A stretch of DNA of 36,760 bases from Candidatus Micrarchaeia archaeon (GTDB lineage Archaea > Micrarchaeota > Micrarchaeia > Burarchaeales > JAVZCV01): contig JAVZCV010000009.1 of the NCBI GenBank assembly GCA_038874215.1, forward strand, positions 1-36,760, read 5' to 3'. Position numbers and translations under genes: made by a program. Positions 8,759 to 18,369 of this stretch are shown piece by piece. Positions within the stretch are counted from its first letter, which is position 1. Every line of letters begins with the position of its first letter. The notes beneath the pieces are model-generated. The model was not told the origin of the DNA, did no database searches, and saw only the letters and a program-made list of their open reading frames with translations.

Positions 8759-10063
8759 CTATTTTCCAATTTTTCCCTTAATGCAATCAAAAACAGCATC
8801 GCGGAAGGATTCTGAGAATGTTGGGTGCGCATGGACGGTCCTTGCAACAGCGCTTAGAGGAAGCTTGTTTCTTATCGCTAGGCAAGGCTCTGCTATTAGC
8901 TCTGTCGCATTCTTCCCGACTATGCATGCTCCTACAAGCAAGCCGTCTTTTGCAAAAACTTTCACAAAGCCAGTTGTTTCTCCTTCTGCTATTCCTCTCC
9001 CATTAGATGAAAAATGAGAAACCCCGATGCTGTCTCCCTCCAGTCGCCCAACAGCCGCAACCTCTGGGTGGGAATAAACGCAGTGCGGGATTGCGGAGTA
9101 ATCAACCTCCTCTTCATACCCAAGTATGTTCATGCCCGCAACTCTTCCTTCCTCTAAAGCCTTATGCGCAAGCATTGCGCCGCCAACAACATCCCCCACG
9201 GCATAAACGCCGCCAACATTCGTTCTCATGCGCCCATCTACTTTTATGCCGCGTCCATCAAATTTCACTCCAATGCGCTCAAGGGCTTCCTCATCAAAAA
9301 CGGGCCTTCTCCCTATTGCAACCAAGATGAATTCGGCCTGTACTTTATTCTCCCCAACGACTGCGAAGCCATCTGATATCCCTTCAACCTTTGAATTTGT
9401 GAATATTTCAACATTTGAGCTTTTCAGGCTTCTTTCAACGAGCGAGGATACATCTCTGTCAAAGCCGGGCAGGAGTTGCCCCATCATCTCAACAATTGCA
9501 ACCTTACAGTTAAAAGCGCTCATTATTGATGCAAACTCAACGCCAATTGCGCCTCCGCCTACAATAAGTAGGGATTTCGGGACATTTTCAAGAGAAAGCA
9601 TGCTCTCGCCTGAAAGAATGCGCCCATCAAACGCATTGTCCCCGAGCGGTATCGGCCTGCTTCCAGTTGCGATCACTATGTTTCTCGCTTTTATGCACTT
9701 TTCCCCCACAGAAACGGTTTGCGAGTCCCTTATCCTCGCCTCCCCATAGAAAACGCCAACGCCATTCTTTTTAAGCATGAATGCAACTCCATCGGATGCT
9801 TTTTTCGCAGCAGAGCGGGCTTCATGCATGATTTTTTTAAAATCCACTTGTTGGGTGCTCTCCCCAGATGCTGCTGATTTCATGAGCCTATGCAATTCCG
9901 CATGATGGCAGAGCGATTTCGTAGGTATGCAGCCTGCATTTGCACAAACACCGCCGATTTTTCCTTTTTCCACTACCGCAACTTTACCGCCTAGGCGTGC
10001 AACCGTCATGGCACACGAAAAACCTGCTGGCCCACTTCCTATCACAACAGCATCATATTCCAT
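8759..10063 (-). CDS. lpdA: Dihydrolipoamide dehydrogenase (glycine cleavage L protein)
   Basis: GSGPAG, GGVCANAGCIPTK redox disulfide, GGGAIGVE, MLAHKA, HAHPTFSE; last gene of the gcv run. Confidence 0.93.
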   Translation of the reverse strand: MEYDAVVIGSGPAGFSCAMTVARLGGKVAVVEKGKIGGVCANAGCIPTKSLCHHAELHRLMKSAASGESTQQVDFKKIMHEARSAAKKASDGVAFMLKKNGVGVFYGEARIRDSQTVSVGEKCIKARNIVIATGSRPIPLGDNAFDGRILSGESMLSLENVPKSLLIVGGGAIGVEFASIMSAFNCKVAIVEMMGQLLPGFDRDVSSLVERSLKSSNVEIFTNSKVEGISDGFAVVGENKVQAEFILVAIGRRPVFDEEALERIGVKFDGRGIKVDGRMRTNVGGVYAVGDVVGGAMLAHKALEEGRVAGMNILGYEEEVDYSAIPHCVYSHPEVAAVGRLEGDSIGVSHFSSNGRGIAEGETTGFVKVFAKDGLLVGACIVGKNATELIAEPCLAIRNKLPLSAVARTVHAHPTFSESFRDAVFDCIKGKIGK

Positions 10064-10772
10064 ATATCCACCTCTCGGATGCGTATCTCTCTTTCTCTAT
10101 CTTCTTTGCAAGCTTTATTTCTTCTTCGGTAGGGCTGTCTTGAAAAAGCTCTGCCTCAAAAATGCTTGCAAAACCTTCCTTCACCGCTTCTGCAACCCTT
10201 TCAAACGGGAATCCGATGCCCATAACCCTCTCTCGTACGTCTTTCACAATTTTATCTTTCAATTTTTCATCAGGAACGCGAAGAAGGGTGAACATTTTGT
10301 TCACATCAACTTCTAGGAGTATCGTGCCATGCTGGAGAAGGACTCCGCTCCTTCTCGTCTGTGCGTTCCCAGAAACCTTTTTCCCGTTCACAACTATGTC
10401 ATTCAGAGGCACAAATTCTGCGTCTAAACCCAGGTTTTTTAGCGCATGGATGAGCGGTGCGCATATCTGCTTATATGAAGCAAGGACATTTAGCGGATAA
10501 TCCTTTGTAACGAAAGAATATGTGAGTTCGTGCTCATGGAAGACTGCGCCGCCGCCAGTTATTCTCCTTGTGAAATCAACACCATGCCTCCTGCATTCAT
10601 CTAAGTCAACTTCTTCTTCAATTTTCTGGAAATATCCGATTGTAACCGCAGGAGGAGACCACGAATAAAGCCTCAGTGTTGGAAGTGGTGAGAGTCGCAT
10701 CAATGCCTCATCAAGAGCCATGTTGAAGAATGCACTGTTGCTCCCAGTCTCCAAAACCCTTATTCTCCTCAT
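10053..10772 (-). CDS. Lipoate/octanoate-protein ligase catalytic domain (LplA/LipM-like)
   Basis: NMALDEAL, TLRLYSW, RRITGGGAVFH, NDI-KKVSGNAQ, LQHGT; ATGA overlap with the upstream gene. Confidence 0.92.
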   Translation of the reverse strand: MRRIRVLETGSNSAFFNMALDEALMRLSPLPTLRLYSWSPPAVTIGYFQKIEEEVDLDECRRHGVDFTRRITGGGAVFHEHELTYSFVTKDYPLNVLASYKQICAPLIHALKNLGLDAEFVPLNDIVVNGKKVSGNAQTRRSGVLLQHGTILLEVDVNKMFTLLRVPDEKLKDKIVKDVRERVMGIGFPFERVAEAVKEGFASIFEAELFQDSPTEEEIKLAKKIEKERYASERWIYGI

Positions 10773-11890
10773 TTGCATGCACCCACTATCGCATCTGCGA
10801 GACACTCTGCATCAAACCCATATATCTCGTATTTTTTGAAAAAATCTGCGCATGCAGAGCAGATTTTAGCCTTATCTATCTCGCACCCAGCAAGAATTCC
10901 TTCAAGCTCTCTTATGCACTCCTCTGGATACGCAAAAAAATCGCCCGATAGCTCTGCCCTCTTTATTTTCCCATTGCTGTGCTCAACTCTTACTTTCAGC
11001 AACTTACCGCACTTCCTAATTCCCTTTGATAGATAAAGAGAGCACTCATTCAGCGCTTTCTCGTATTCTTCGTCAGTTAGCTCGCGTGGAAAGCTGTACT
11101 CGGCCTGCGGTCTGCTGTCAAAATATGGTCTGTTGCATCCCATGCAACCCGAAGTCATAAAGGCGTGCATATCGGCCTTCGGAGAATCTATGAGTTGCGC
11201 ATTCTCATTAAAAACGAAGTCGTAGTCTGGATTTGATTGGAGCAAATATCGTGCAACCTGCATCCTCCTGAACTGCCCTATGTGCGTTTCAGTTGTTCCA
11301 TTTCGGACGTATGCGAAAAGGGCTATTTGTATTTTCAGTTTTGAGAGATGGCGCATGAGCTCTACTAGTTCTTTCTCTGTCTCTCCCAATCCAACGATAA
11401 GGTGCGTAGTTATTCTGCCGCTAAACTCCTCTGATGCGATTTTGAGCAGAGCAAGGGTTTTCTCAAAATCCCCTCTTCCAGTCTTTTCGCTTATAACGGG
11501 GTTTGCTGCATCAAGCGGTATGCACACGCGCTCTGCGCCAGCATAGAATATCCGCCTAATCTCGTCAATGTTGTTTGCTCTTACGCATGCGCTCACAGAC
11601 GGGAAATTTAGTTTTTTTATGAAAGAGATAACTTCTTCTGTCGCCTTCCCAGTTCCCTGCACGCAAACGCGTTCAAAAAGGATATTCTTTTTTCTGAAGG
11701 CAGAAAGGACTAATTCCTCATCGTAATCTGGCCATTTTATCCGTGCTATCGTATCTTCTTTCTCATCGCAATATGCACATCCGTATGGGCACCTAGCGCC
11801 TAAAAGGAAGTGGGCTGTTCTTGGTGCGACGGATAGCCTTGTGTTCTCAAGCCCAAGCAATATTGCGGTGCCGATTGCAACTCTCACCAA
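10769..11890 (-). CDS. lipS2: Radical SAM lipoyl synthase LipS2 fused to a C-terminal LplB-like (lipoate ligase accessory) domain
   Basis: CPYGCAYC radical SAM motif, THLIVGLGETE and TSGCMGCNRP (LipS2 signature), followed by GKLLKV...LSGDFFAYPEE-I-ELE-L-G (LplB). Confidence 0.82.
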   Translation of the reverse strand: MVRVAIGTAILLGLENTRLSVAPRTAHFLLGARCPYGCAYCDEKEDTIARIKWPDYDEELVLSAFRKKNILFERVCVQGTGKATEEVISFIKKLNFPSVSACVRANNIDEIRRIFYAGAERVCIPLDAANPVISEKTGRGDFEKTLALLKIASEEFSGRITTHLIVGLGETEKELVELMRHLSKLKIQIALFAYVRNGTTETHIGQFRRMQVARYLLQSNPDYDFVFNENAQLIDSPKADMHAFMTSGCMGCNRPYFDSRPQAEYSFPRELTDEEYEKALNECSLYLSKGIRKCGKLLKVRVEHSNGKIKRAELSGDFFAYPEECIRELEGILAGCEIDKAKICSACADFFKKYEIYGFDAECLADAIVGACK

Positions 11891-11902
11891 GCGATAACAC
11901 CC

Positions 11903-12688
11903 TCAGAGAGCGCAGCATTCGTCAATAACATCTCCATCAATGCGGACTTTTGGATGCGGAAGCGTTATCCTATCCGCCATTTCGCTTTCAAATATTGCGG
12001 TGTCAAAAATCTGGCGGTACCTGCCGCCTGGCCGCATGCAGCCGATATATACCCTATCAAAGAGGTCTCTTGCTTTTTTAACTATGCAGAGAGCCTCTGA
12101 TATATTCGGTGGGTTTCTGCCCTCATAAGGGGTTTTTGGGGAAGGAACGAAAACGTTGATAACGATCGTTTTTTCACCAAGAGAATTCAAGAGTTCAAGT
12201 GCTCTCTCCTCATCTTTTATAGCCCCTCCGCGTAGACCTATTGTGATGTGTGGGACGATGCGGACGTTTTTCCTTATTGCAAGATAGGATTCAATAAAAT
12301 CATCAACGCCAGCCCTTATTCCATAAACTTCGTTTATTGTTTCACAGCATCCTATGAAGTTGAATGACACCGCATCTACGAGCCCCCTTAGTTTTTGCGC
12401 CTTCTTGGGATTTAGAAGCCCTGTATGCGCCAGTATTCTTTTCCCGCTTTTTCTCAGGGCAAGGATTTCATCTTTAAATTTGAGTATGGGAACCTCGCCG
12501 TTTTCATCGCACCCTCCGCTTAAAAGAACGCTCCGCACCTGAGTATCTTTGCATATTGCGGGGATGCTGTTTGCCCCAGCCATTGATTTCAGGTAGTGAC
12601 CGCAACAGTGCTTGCACATCAATGCACAGTAAGAGCCTGTTATGCTTATTGCCTTCGTCCTCTTCGGGAATACGGCCTCAGGCTTCAT
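11903..12688 (-). CDS. lipS1: Radical SAM lipoyl synthase LipS1
   Basis: [30 protein letters not shown] and C-terminal ECC (LipS1 signatures); SD AGGTGG before ATG 12688. Confidence 0.85.
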   Translation of the reverse strand: MKPEAVFPKRTKAISITGSYCALMCKHCCGHYLKSMAGANSIPAICKDTQVRSVLLSGGCDENGEVPILKFKDEILALRKSGKRILAHTGLLNPKKAQKLRGLVDAVSFNFIGCCETINEVYGIRAGVDDFIESYLAIRKNVRIVPHITIGLRGGAIKDEERALELLNSLGEKTIVINVFVPSPKTPYEGRNPPNISEALCIVKKARDLFDRVYIGCMRPGGRYRQIFDTAIFESEMADRITLPHPKVRIDGDVIDECCAL

Positions 12689-14096
12689 CCGACCACCTGA
12701 GGTTGGGCTTTCTTGCTGCAAGTACGCCGTCAAGCCTTCTAACGGGTGTCCTGTGGGGCGCATTTTTCAGTAGCTCTGGGTTTTCCACCGCCTCTTTCGC
12801 TATACGTATCATCACATCTGCGAGCCTGTCAAGATTTTCCTTGCTTTCAGTTTCTGTTGGCTCAACCATGAGCGCTTCCTTAACTATGAGCGGGAAATAT
12901 ATTGTCGGCGCATGGATGCCGTAGTCAAGCATTCTTTTCGCTATGTCCATCGTGTGCACGCCCTTCTCCAAAAACTTTTCTCCCGAAAGCACGAATTCGT
13001 GGGCACAAAACCTATCATACGGGCAGGGATAGTGGTCTTTTAGAATGGAGCGAAGGTAGTTTGCGTTTATCACTGCCTGCTCCCCTATGCGCCTAATCTC
13101 TTTTCCAACAGCCCTTATGTATGCGTATGCCTTCACGAGCACTCCAAAATTCCCGTAAAAAGCGCGGACACGGCCTATGCTCTTTCTTTTCCTGTAATCA
13201 AGCACATACTTGCCTTTCTTTTCTTTAATGCGTGGTATCGGCAGATAGTCCGCAAGAAAAGATTTGACTCCGACAGGGCCTGCGCCTGGGCCTCCGCCGC
13301 CGTGCGGGGTTGCGAATGTTTTATGCAGGTTAAGGTGTAGGATGTCAAACCCTTGGTCGCCTGGTCTTGATATGCCGAGCATCGCATTCATGTTTGCGCC
13401 ATCGCAGTAGAGAAGTGCGCCGAAACCATGGACGAGTTTTGCTATGTCTTCTATCCTTCTCTCAAAAAGACCGAGCGTGTTCGGGTTTGTAAGCATCAGG
13501 ACAGCAACATCGTCGCTTAGCGCATTTTCAAGCTCGCCCATGTCAACGCAACCATCTTTTCCTGAGGGTATGTTTATAACTGAAAAGCCACATATTGCAG
13601 CACTCGCAGGGTTCGTGCCATGCGCAGAGTCAGGGACTATAACTTTTCTTCTCTTTCCTTTGAAGTATGCCTTTGCGATCATCATTGCTGTAAGTTCTCC
13701 GTGAGCGCCCGCAGCTGGCTGGAGCGTAAAGGCGTCCATCCCAGTTATCTCGCATAGATAACGCTCAAGCTCGTACATCAGCCTAAGAGCCCCCTGCGAT
13801 AACTTCTCGGGTGTTAGCGGGTGGATGCTCGCAAATCCTTCAAGAGAAGCGATATCCTCGTTTATTTTCGGGTTGTATTTCATAGTGCATGAGCCGAGTG
13901 GGTATGTGCCGTTGTCAACTCCGTAGTTTCTCCTTGATAGCAGAGTGTAGTGCCGTATAACATCAACCTCGTTTAGCTCTGGGAGCGGAAGGTCTTTTCT
14001 TGAGAAAATAGGTTCAAGCACAACCTCCTCATCTTTAACATGGTTTGTCGGGTGGCTTTTGCGCTCAAATATAAGTTTTGGCTGGTCTTCGTTCAT
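12678..14096 (-). CDS. gcvPB: Glycine dehydrogenase (decarboxylating) subunit 2
   Basis: [47 protein letters not shown] (PLP lysine), EPTETESKE. Confidence 0.97.
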   Translation of the reverse strand: MNEDQPKLIFERKSHPTNHVKDEEVVLEPIFSRKDLPLPELNEVDVIRHYTLLSRRNYGVDNGTYPLGSCTMKYNPKINEDIASLEGFASIHPLTPEKLSQGALRLMYELERYLCEITGMDAFTLQPAAGAHGELTAMMIAKAYFKGKRRKVIVPDSAHGTNPASAAICGFSVINIPSGKDGCVDMGELENALSDDVAVLMLTNPNTLGLFERRIEDIAKLVHGFGALLYCDGANMNAMLGISRPGDQGFDILHLNLHKTFATPHGGGGPGAGPVGVKSFLADYLPIPRIKEKKGKYVLDYRKRKSIGRVRAFYGNFGVLVKAYAYIRAVGKEIRRIGEQAVINANYLRSILKDHYPCPYDRFCAHEFVLSGEKFLEKGVHTMDIAKRMLDYGIHAPTIYFPLIVKEALMVEPTETESKENLDRLADVMIRIAKEAVENPELLKNAPHRTPVRRLDGVLAARKPNLRWSDEA

Positions 14097-15352
14097 ATCA
14101 AACCACCGACGATTTTGATGAACTCATCTATATCTTCGTGGGTTGTTTTTTCTGTGCAGCAGAGAAGGAGGCGTTCGCTATCAAGGCGAAACCCGGCGAG
14201 AATTTTGTTTTTGGCAAGCTCAGACTGCAGTCTTCTTACGGGCACGGGGCTTTTTGCAACGAACTCATTGTAAAACGGTCTTTTGTTCTCGATTGTGAAG
14301 CCAAGCCCCTCCAATTTCTCGGCAAGCTCGTGCGCGCGTGCATACGAGGATTTTGCAACTGCACGAAGGCCTTTACTGCCAAGAAGGGATAGATACACTG
14401 TGCATGCAAGTGCGCAGAGCTGCTCGTTTGAGCATATGTTGCTGCTTGCCCTCTCCCTCCTTATGTGTTGCTCTCTTGCTTGAAGTGTTAGTATGAAGCC
14501 TCTTTTTCCCTCTGTGTCAACTGTCATGCCAGAAAGCCTTCCTGGGATGTTTTTCATGTATTCCTTTTTAACAGCAAAAAAGCCCGCATACGGGCCGCCG
14601 TATGAGAGAGGTATTCCTAAGGGCTGGCACTCCCCAACAACTATGTCTGCGCCAAGCTTGGCTGGCGGCTCTATGAGTGCAAGGGACGTTGATTCAACAA
14701 CACAGGCTATTAGCAGCGCGTCTTTTCCGTGCGCCTCTTCCGCATACGCTCTGATGTCGTACGCATTCCCATAGAAATCTGGGTTCTGGATTATTGCGCA
14801 TGCGGTATTTTCGTTTATTCCGTCTGTGATTTTGAGCCCCTTCGCATTGCAGTATGTGGCGAGAGTTTGCTTGTAGTGGGGATGGAGGTCGTTGAGAACA
14901 GCTATTTCGCTTTTTCCAGTTGCAGAGCTTGCAAGAAATGCTGACTCTGCAAGGGAGGAAGCGCCATCATACATTGAGGCGTTCGCAATATCGCAGCCAG
15001 TAAGCATGCATACGTATGTCTGGAATTCATACATTGCTTGGAGTATTCCTTGGGATATTTCTGCCTGATAGGGGGTGTATGCGGTATAGAACTCTGCGCG
15101 CGATAGGATATGTTTCACTGCGCTTGGGATGAAATGGTCGTATGCGCCAGCCCCTATAAAATTCTTCATTGGGCTGTTTTTTGATGAAAGAAAACGCATG
15201 TGGGAAATTAGCTCAAGCTCGCTCATAGGCTCTGGAAGATTTAATTCGCCTGCTTTTGGTTTCACTTCTGCAAGAAGCTCCTCTACGCTCGCCACGCCTA
15301 TCCTTTTGAGCATTTCCCTTCTCTCTTCATCGGAAATAGGGATGAAGTTCAT
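14093..15352 (-). CDS. gcvPA: Glycine dehydrogenase (decarboxylating) subunit 1
   Basis: [50 protein letters not shown]. Confidence 0.97.
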   Translation of the reverse strand: MNFIPISDEERREMLKRIGVASVEELLAEVKPKAGELNLPEPMSELELISHMRFLSSKNSPMKNFIGAGAYDHFIPSAVKHILSRAEFYTAYTPYQAEISQGILQAMYEFQTYVCMLTGCDIANASMYDGASSLAESAFLASSATGKSEIAVLNDLHPHYKQTLATYCNAKGLKITDGINENTACAIIQNPDFYGNAYDIRAYAEEAHGKDALLIACVVESTSLALIEPPAKLGADIVVGECQPLGIPLSYGGPYAGFFAVKKEYMKNIPGRLSGMTVDTEGKRGFILTLQAREQHIRRERASSNICSNEQLCALACTVYLSLLGSKGLRAVAKSSYARAHELAEKLEGLGFTIENKRPFYNEFVAKSPVPVRRLQSELAKNKILAGFRLDSERLLLCCTEKTTHEDIDEFIKIVGGLI

Positions 15353-15729
15353 TGCTCCCCCTTCTTCAGCTTCTCTATGTAGCTCTGGTATTCGCTCTCG
15401 CCCATAAGCTCGTTTTTCTCATCCATTCTCTCTATCTTTATTTTTGCTATCCAACCGTGCTCATATGGGGATTCATTTATTCGCTGCGGCTCTGCCTCAA
15501 GCTCTTTGTTGATTTCTACTACTTCGCCGCTCATAGGAGCATATATTTCTGAGGATGCTTTCATTGAGTCAACTACTGCCAGACTCTGCCCTTTCTTGTA
15601 TCTCGCTCCTATTTTCGGAAGCTCTATTGAGACTATATCCCCCAGCTCTTTCTGCGCATAATCCGTTATGCCGATTATTCCAATGTTTCCCTCTATTTTT
15701 ATCCATTCGTGCTCTTTCGTAAAAAACAA
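15349..15729 (-). CDS. gcvH: Glycine cleavage system H protein
   Basis: TKEHEW, GITDYAQ-LGDIV, DSMKASSEIYAP (lipoyl Lys), INESPYE-GW. TTG start inferred at 15729 after SD GAGGTGA. Confidence 0.95.
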   Translation of the reverse strand: MFFTKEHEWIKIEGNIGIIGITDYAQKELGDIVSIELPKIGARYKKGQSLAVVDSMKASSEIYAPMSGEVVEINKELEAEPQRINESPYEHGWIAKIKIERMDEKNELMGESEYQSYIEKLKKGEQ

Positions 15730-15733
15730 GAGA

Positions 15734-16810
15734 TCACCTCCCCCGTTTATAGAACCTCGTTGAGCATAGCTTGGCCTCTGCAAGCCTGCCATGGATTTGC
15801 ACATAAACGTTTTTTTCGCTTTCCCATTCTGGCGGGATGAAGCAAAAGCCTATCGGCTTTTTCAGCGTTGGCGAGAATATACCGCTCGTCACAACTCCTA
15901 TTTTATTCCCATCAGCATCAAAAACTTCATTCCCGTGTCTCGGAACACCCTTTCCAAGAAGCTCAAAGCCCGATAGTTTTTTAGAAGGCGCTTTTGAAAG
16001 AAGCGCTTCCTTTCCTATGAACTCCTTATCAAAAGAGACGGTCCATTTGAGCGGCACTTCAAGGGGCGTGGTATTATCATCCATGTCATTTCCATAGAGC
16101 ATAAGGCCTGCCTCAAGCCTAAGCGTATCCCTTGCGCCGAGACCAGCCGGCATTATCCCATTGTCTTTTCCAGCCTCTAAAATTTCGTTCCACATCTCCA
16201 CCGCAAAAGGGGAATCAACAAAAACCTCAAACCCATCCTCGCCCGTATAGCCCGTCCGTGAGAGAAGCGTGTGCTTTCCCCCAAGCTCGCATTCCTTAGA
16301 ATGGAAATAGGGGATGGCGGAGAGGTTTTCTTTCGTTATTTTCTGCAGTATTTCCTGCGATTTTGGACCTTGGACAGCGAGCAGGGCTATCCTGTCTGTC
16401 GCATTCTCTATCTCAACGTTTCTATCGGCATTCTTGATGAGCCACGCATAATCTTTCTCGGTGTTCGCTGCGTTTACAACGAACAGAAACTCGCCTTCTG
16501 CTTTCCAATAAACGATTACATCGTCTATTATCCCGCCGTTCTCATTGCATATCGGTGAGTATATCGCTCTACCAACCCCTATTTTTGAGAGGCTGTTTGT
16601 TATTATTTTCTGCACGAACCCGAAAGCATTAGCTCCACGGACAAAAATCTCGCCCATGTGCGAAACATCAAATATCCCACATGCGTTTCTCACTGCGTTG
16701 TGCTCCTCAATTATGCCTGCATACTGGACAGGCATCTCCCAGCCGCCGAATTCAATCATCTTTGCGCCCAATGATTTGTGCAGGGAATTGAGCGGGGTTT
16801 TTTTCATCAT
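15734..16810 (-). CDS. gcvT: Glycine cleavage aminomethyltransferase
   Basis: FGGWEMPVQY, FDVSHMGE, SRTGYTGEDGFE, GLGARDTLRLEAG. Confidence 0.98.
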   Translation of the reverse strand: MMKKTPLNSLHKSLGAKMIEFGGWEMPVQYAGIIEEHNAVRNACGIFDVSHMGEIFVRGANAFGFVQKIITNSLSKIGVGRAIYSPICNENGGIIDDVIVYWKAEGEFLFVVNAANTEKDYAWLIKNADRNVEIENATDRIALLAVQGPKSQEILQKITKENLSAIPYFHSKECELGGKHTLLSRTGYTGEDGFEVFVDSPFAVEMWNEILEAGKDNGIMPAGLGARDTLRLEAGLMLYGNDMDDNTTPLEVPLKWTVSFDKEFIGKEALLSKAPSKKLSGFELLGKGVPRHGNEVFDADGNKIGVVTSGIFSPTLKKPIGFCFIPPEWESEKNVYVQIHGRLAEAKLCSTRFYKRGR

Positions 16811-16825
16811 AACACTCTGCGCGAT

Positions 16826-17437
16826 TCAGACACGCAAAGGAAATTTTCTCCCATACCTTTTTATATAATACAGCGGAAGGGCTGCAGGGTTTAAGGATAG
16901 TCGTGCGGTGAATTTTCCTTTTTCCAGCATTAAGAGTATTTCATCCTCGCCGCCAAAATCTGGGAATTCAGTGTATGCAAGCCCGATCCCGCATGCATGA
17001 TGTGCATCGCTCCCTCCCGTGCCATTCTTTATTTTTATTGAGGAGATGACGTTGTTTATCGGGTCTGTGCCGTTGAACTTTTCCACGCACGTGCCGATTT
17101 CAATTCCTTTTTCTCCCATTCCTGGTTTATGAAGCGAGAAAAGGTGCGTGGGTATGATTGCTCCGCCTTCGTCCCTTATTAATTCAGCCAGCTCATACGC
17201 ATTCCTTGTAGAAACGCTGCGGACTCCCAAAACAATTGCATGGCCAAGGCTCGTTGTTATTTCTGCGCCGTAGAGGACGACGATGTCTTTAAACTTCTCT
17301 CTATTTGAGTGGAAGTAATCGTGGTCTGTTATTGCAACGCCATCAATACCTTTTCTTTTCGCTTCCTTAACGATATCCTTAACTGGGTGAATTCCGTCTG
17401 GCGATTTATCGGAATGCACGTGGAGGTCTACTTTCAT
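16826..17437 (-). CDS. PHP-family metal-dependent phosphoesterase
   Basis: DLHVHS-SPDG, AITDHD, GAEITT-GH, PTH, GGSDAH. Confidence 0.88.
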   Translation of the reverse strand: MKVDLHVHSDKSPDGIHPVKDIVKEAKRKGIDGVAITDHDYFHSNREKFKDIVVLYGAEITTSLGHAIVLGVRSVSTRNAYELAELIRDEGGAIIPTHLFSLHKPGMGEKGIEIGTCVEKFNGTDPINNVISSIKIKNGTGGSDAHHACGIGLAYTEFPDFGGEDEILLMLEKGKFTARLSLNPAALPLYYIKRYGRKFPLRV

Positions 17438-17494
17438 GTTTTTTGTATCTCCATTCAACTTTATATTAGAAACTAAAAAATAGAGAAAACAAAG

Positions 17495-18169
17495 TTACGC
17501 TATCACGCATTTTCTGTCTATGCTGACAACGTTAAATGTGAGCCTTGATGGCAATTTCGCAAGGAGCGTGTTCGTCGCTATGTATGACGCAAATATCCCT
17601 ATGGAGAATACAGTGCGCTCAAATAGTATTATCGGTATGAGAGCAAGCCAAAATTCTGGCGTTGTTGGAAACAGGTATATGAATGCTGTCGTCCCCACCG
17701 CATGTGCCGTGAATGTTGCGCCAATGCTCCTAAATAATGCGTTATCTGGGAAGAACCGTAGGGCCACAGGTATTAGCCAGAAGAGAGTTATGAACCAAGA
17801 GAGGATTCCGATAGGATGCAAAAGGAAAGCAAGCATGCAGGCTATCGGTATTAGGAGCGCTTTCTTGTCTTCCCATCTGCTGCCGAAGTAGTATGCTGCG
17901 GCTGGCATCGTAAAGAGACGTGCTATCGCGAACAGGCTCACCGCACCTCCCACCACCAGCATCGCAAGCCCAGCAAGAAAAACGGCACCAACGCCAGGCA
18001 AAAGCCCCAGAAAGGCAGCGGGAAGAGGACCGAAAAATTGGTAGAAAGTGAAGCTTGCGTTTTGAGCACCGATGACTTTTGAGAAGCTTATCTGCGAACC
18101 TACGAAAACCAATATTGCAAACAGCAACAGAAATGCTAATTTCCGCACATCCACAAAACGCACCCCCAC
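17495..18169 (-). CDS. Polytopic membrane protein, possibly an ECF S-component-like transporter
   Basis: 224 aa with about 6-7 hydrophobic segments; own BRE/TATA-like element (GCAAGGTTTAAAA on the - strand, ~18189-18201). The transporter role is inference. Confidence 0.6.
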   Translation of the reverse strand: MGVRFVDVRKLAFLLLFAILVFVGSQISFSKVIGAQNASFTFYQFFGPLPAAFLGLLPGVGAVFLAGLAMLVVGGAVSLFAIARLFTMPAAAYYFGSRWEDKKALLIPIACMLAFLLHPIGILSWFITLFWLIPVALRFFPDNALFRSIGATFTAHAVGTTAFIYLFPTTPEFWLALIPIILFERTVFSIGIFASYIATNTLLAKLPSRLTFNVVSIDRKCVIA

Positions 18170-18286
18170 CTATAATCAGAAAACAGACTTTTAAACCTTG
18201 CTTTCATTTTTAGATCGGCAGAAGAAAAATCAGTGAATCTTGCTTCTGAATTGCAGGAAATATTTTTCATCTCAAAAAACCAAAGG

Positions 18287-18342
18287 TATATATACTACTA
18301 TAGATAGTAGATAGTGCGCCTATAAGCCACAACAAGTTGTGT
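18287..18342 (+). promoter_or_regulatory. nrdJ promoter: TATA box plus two tandem NrdR-box-like operators
   Basis: TATATATA at 18287-18294 after CCAAAG; CTACTATAGATAGTAG (18295-18310) and CCACAACAAGTTGTGT (18327-18342) resemble acaCwAtATaTwGtgt; 32 bp start to start. Confidence 0.75.
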
Positions 18343-18369
18343 TTGTTTCTATCTTTGCGGGGTGCAAAA

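Noticed and set aside
18170-18369. Cobalamin riboswitch upstream of nrdJ
   Set aside because: No B12-box or conserved core visible; the region is explained by two promoters and the operator pair.
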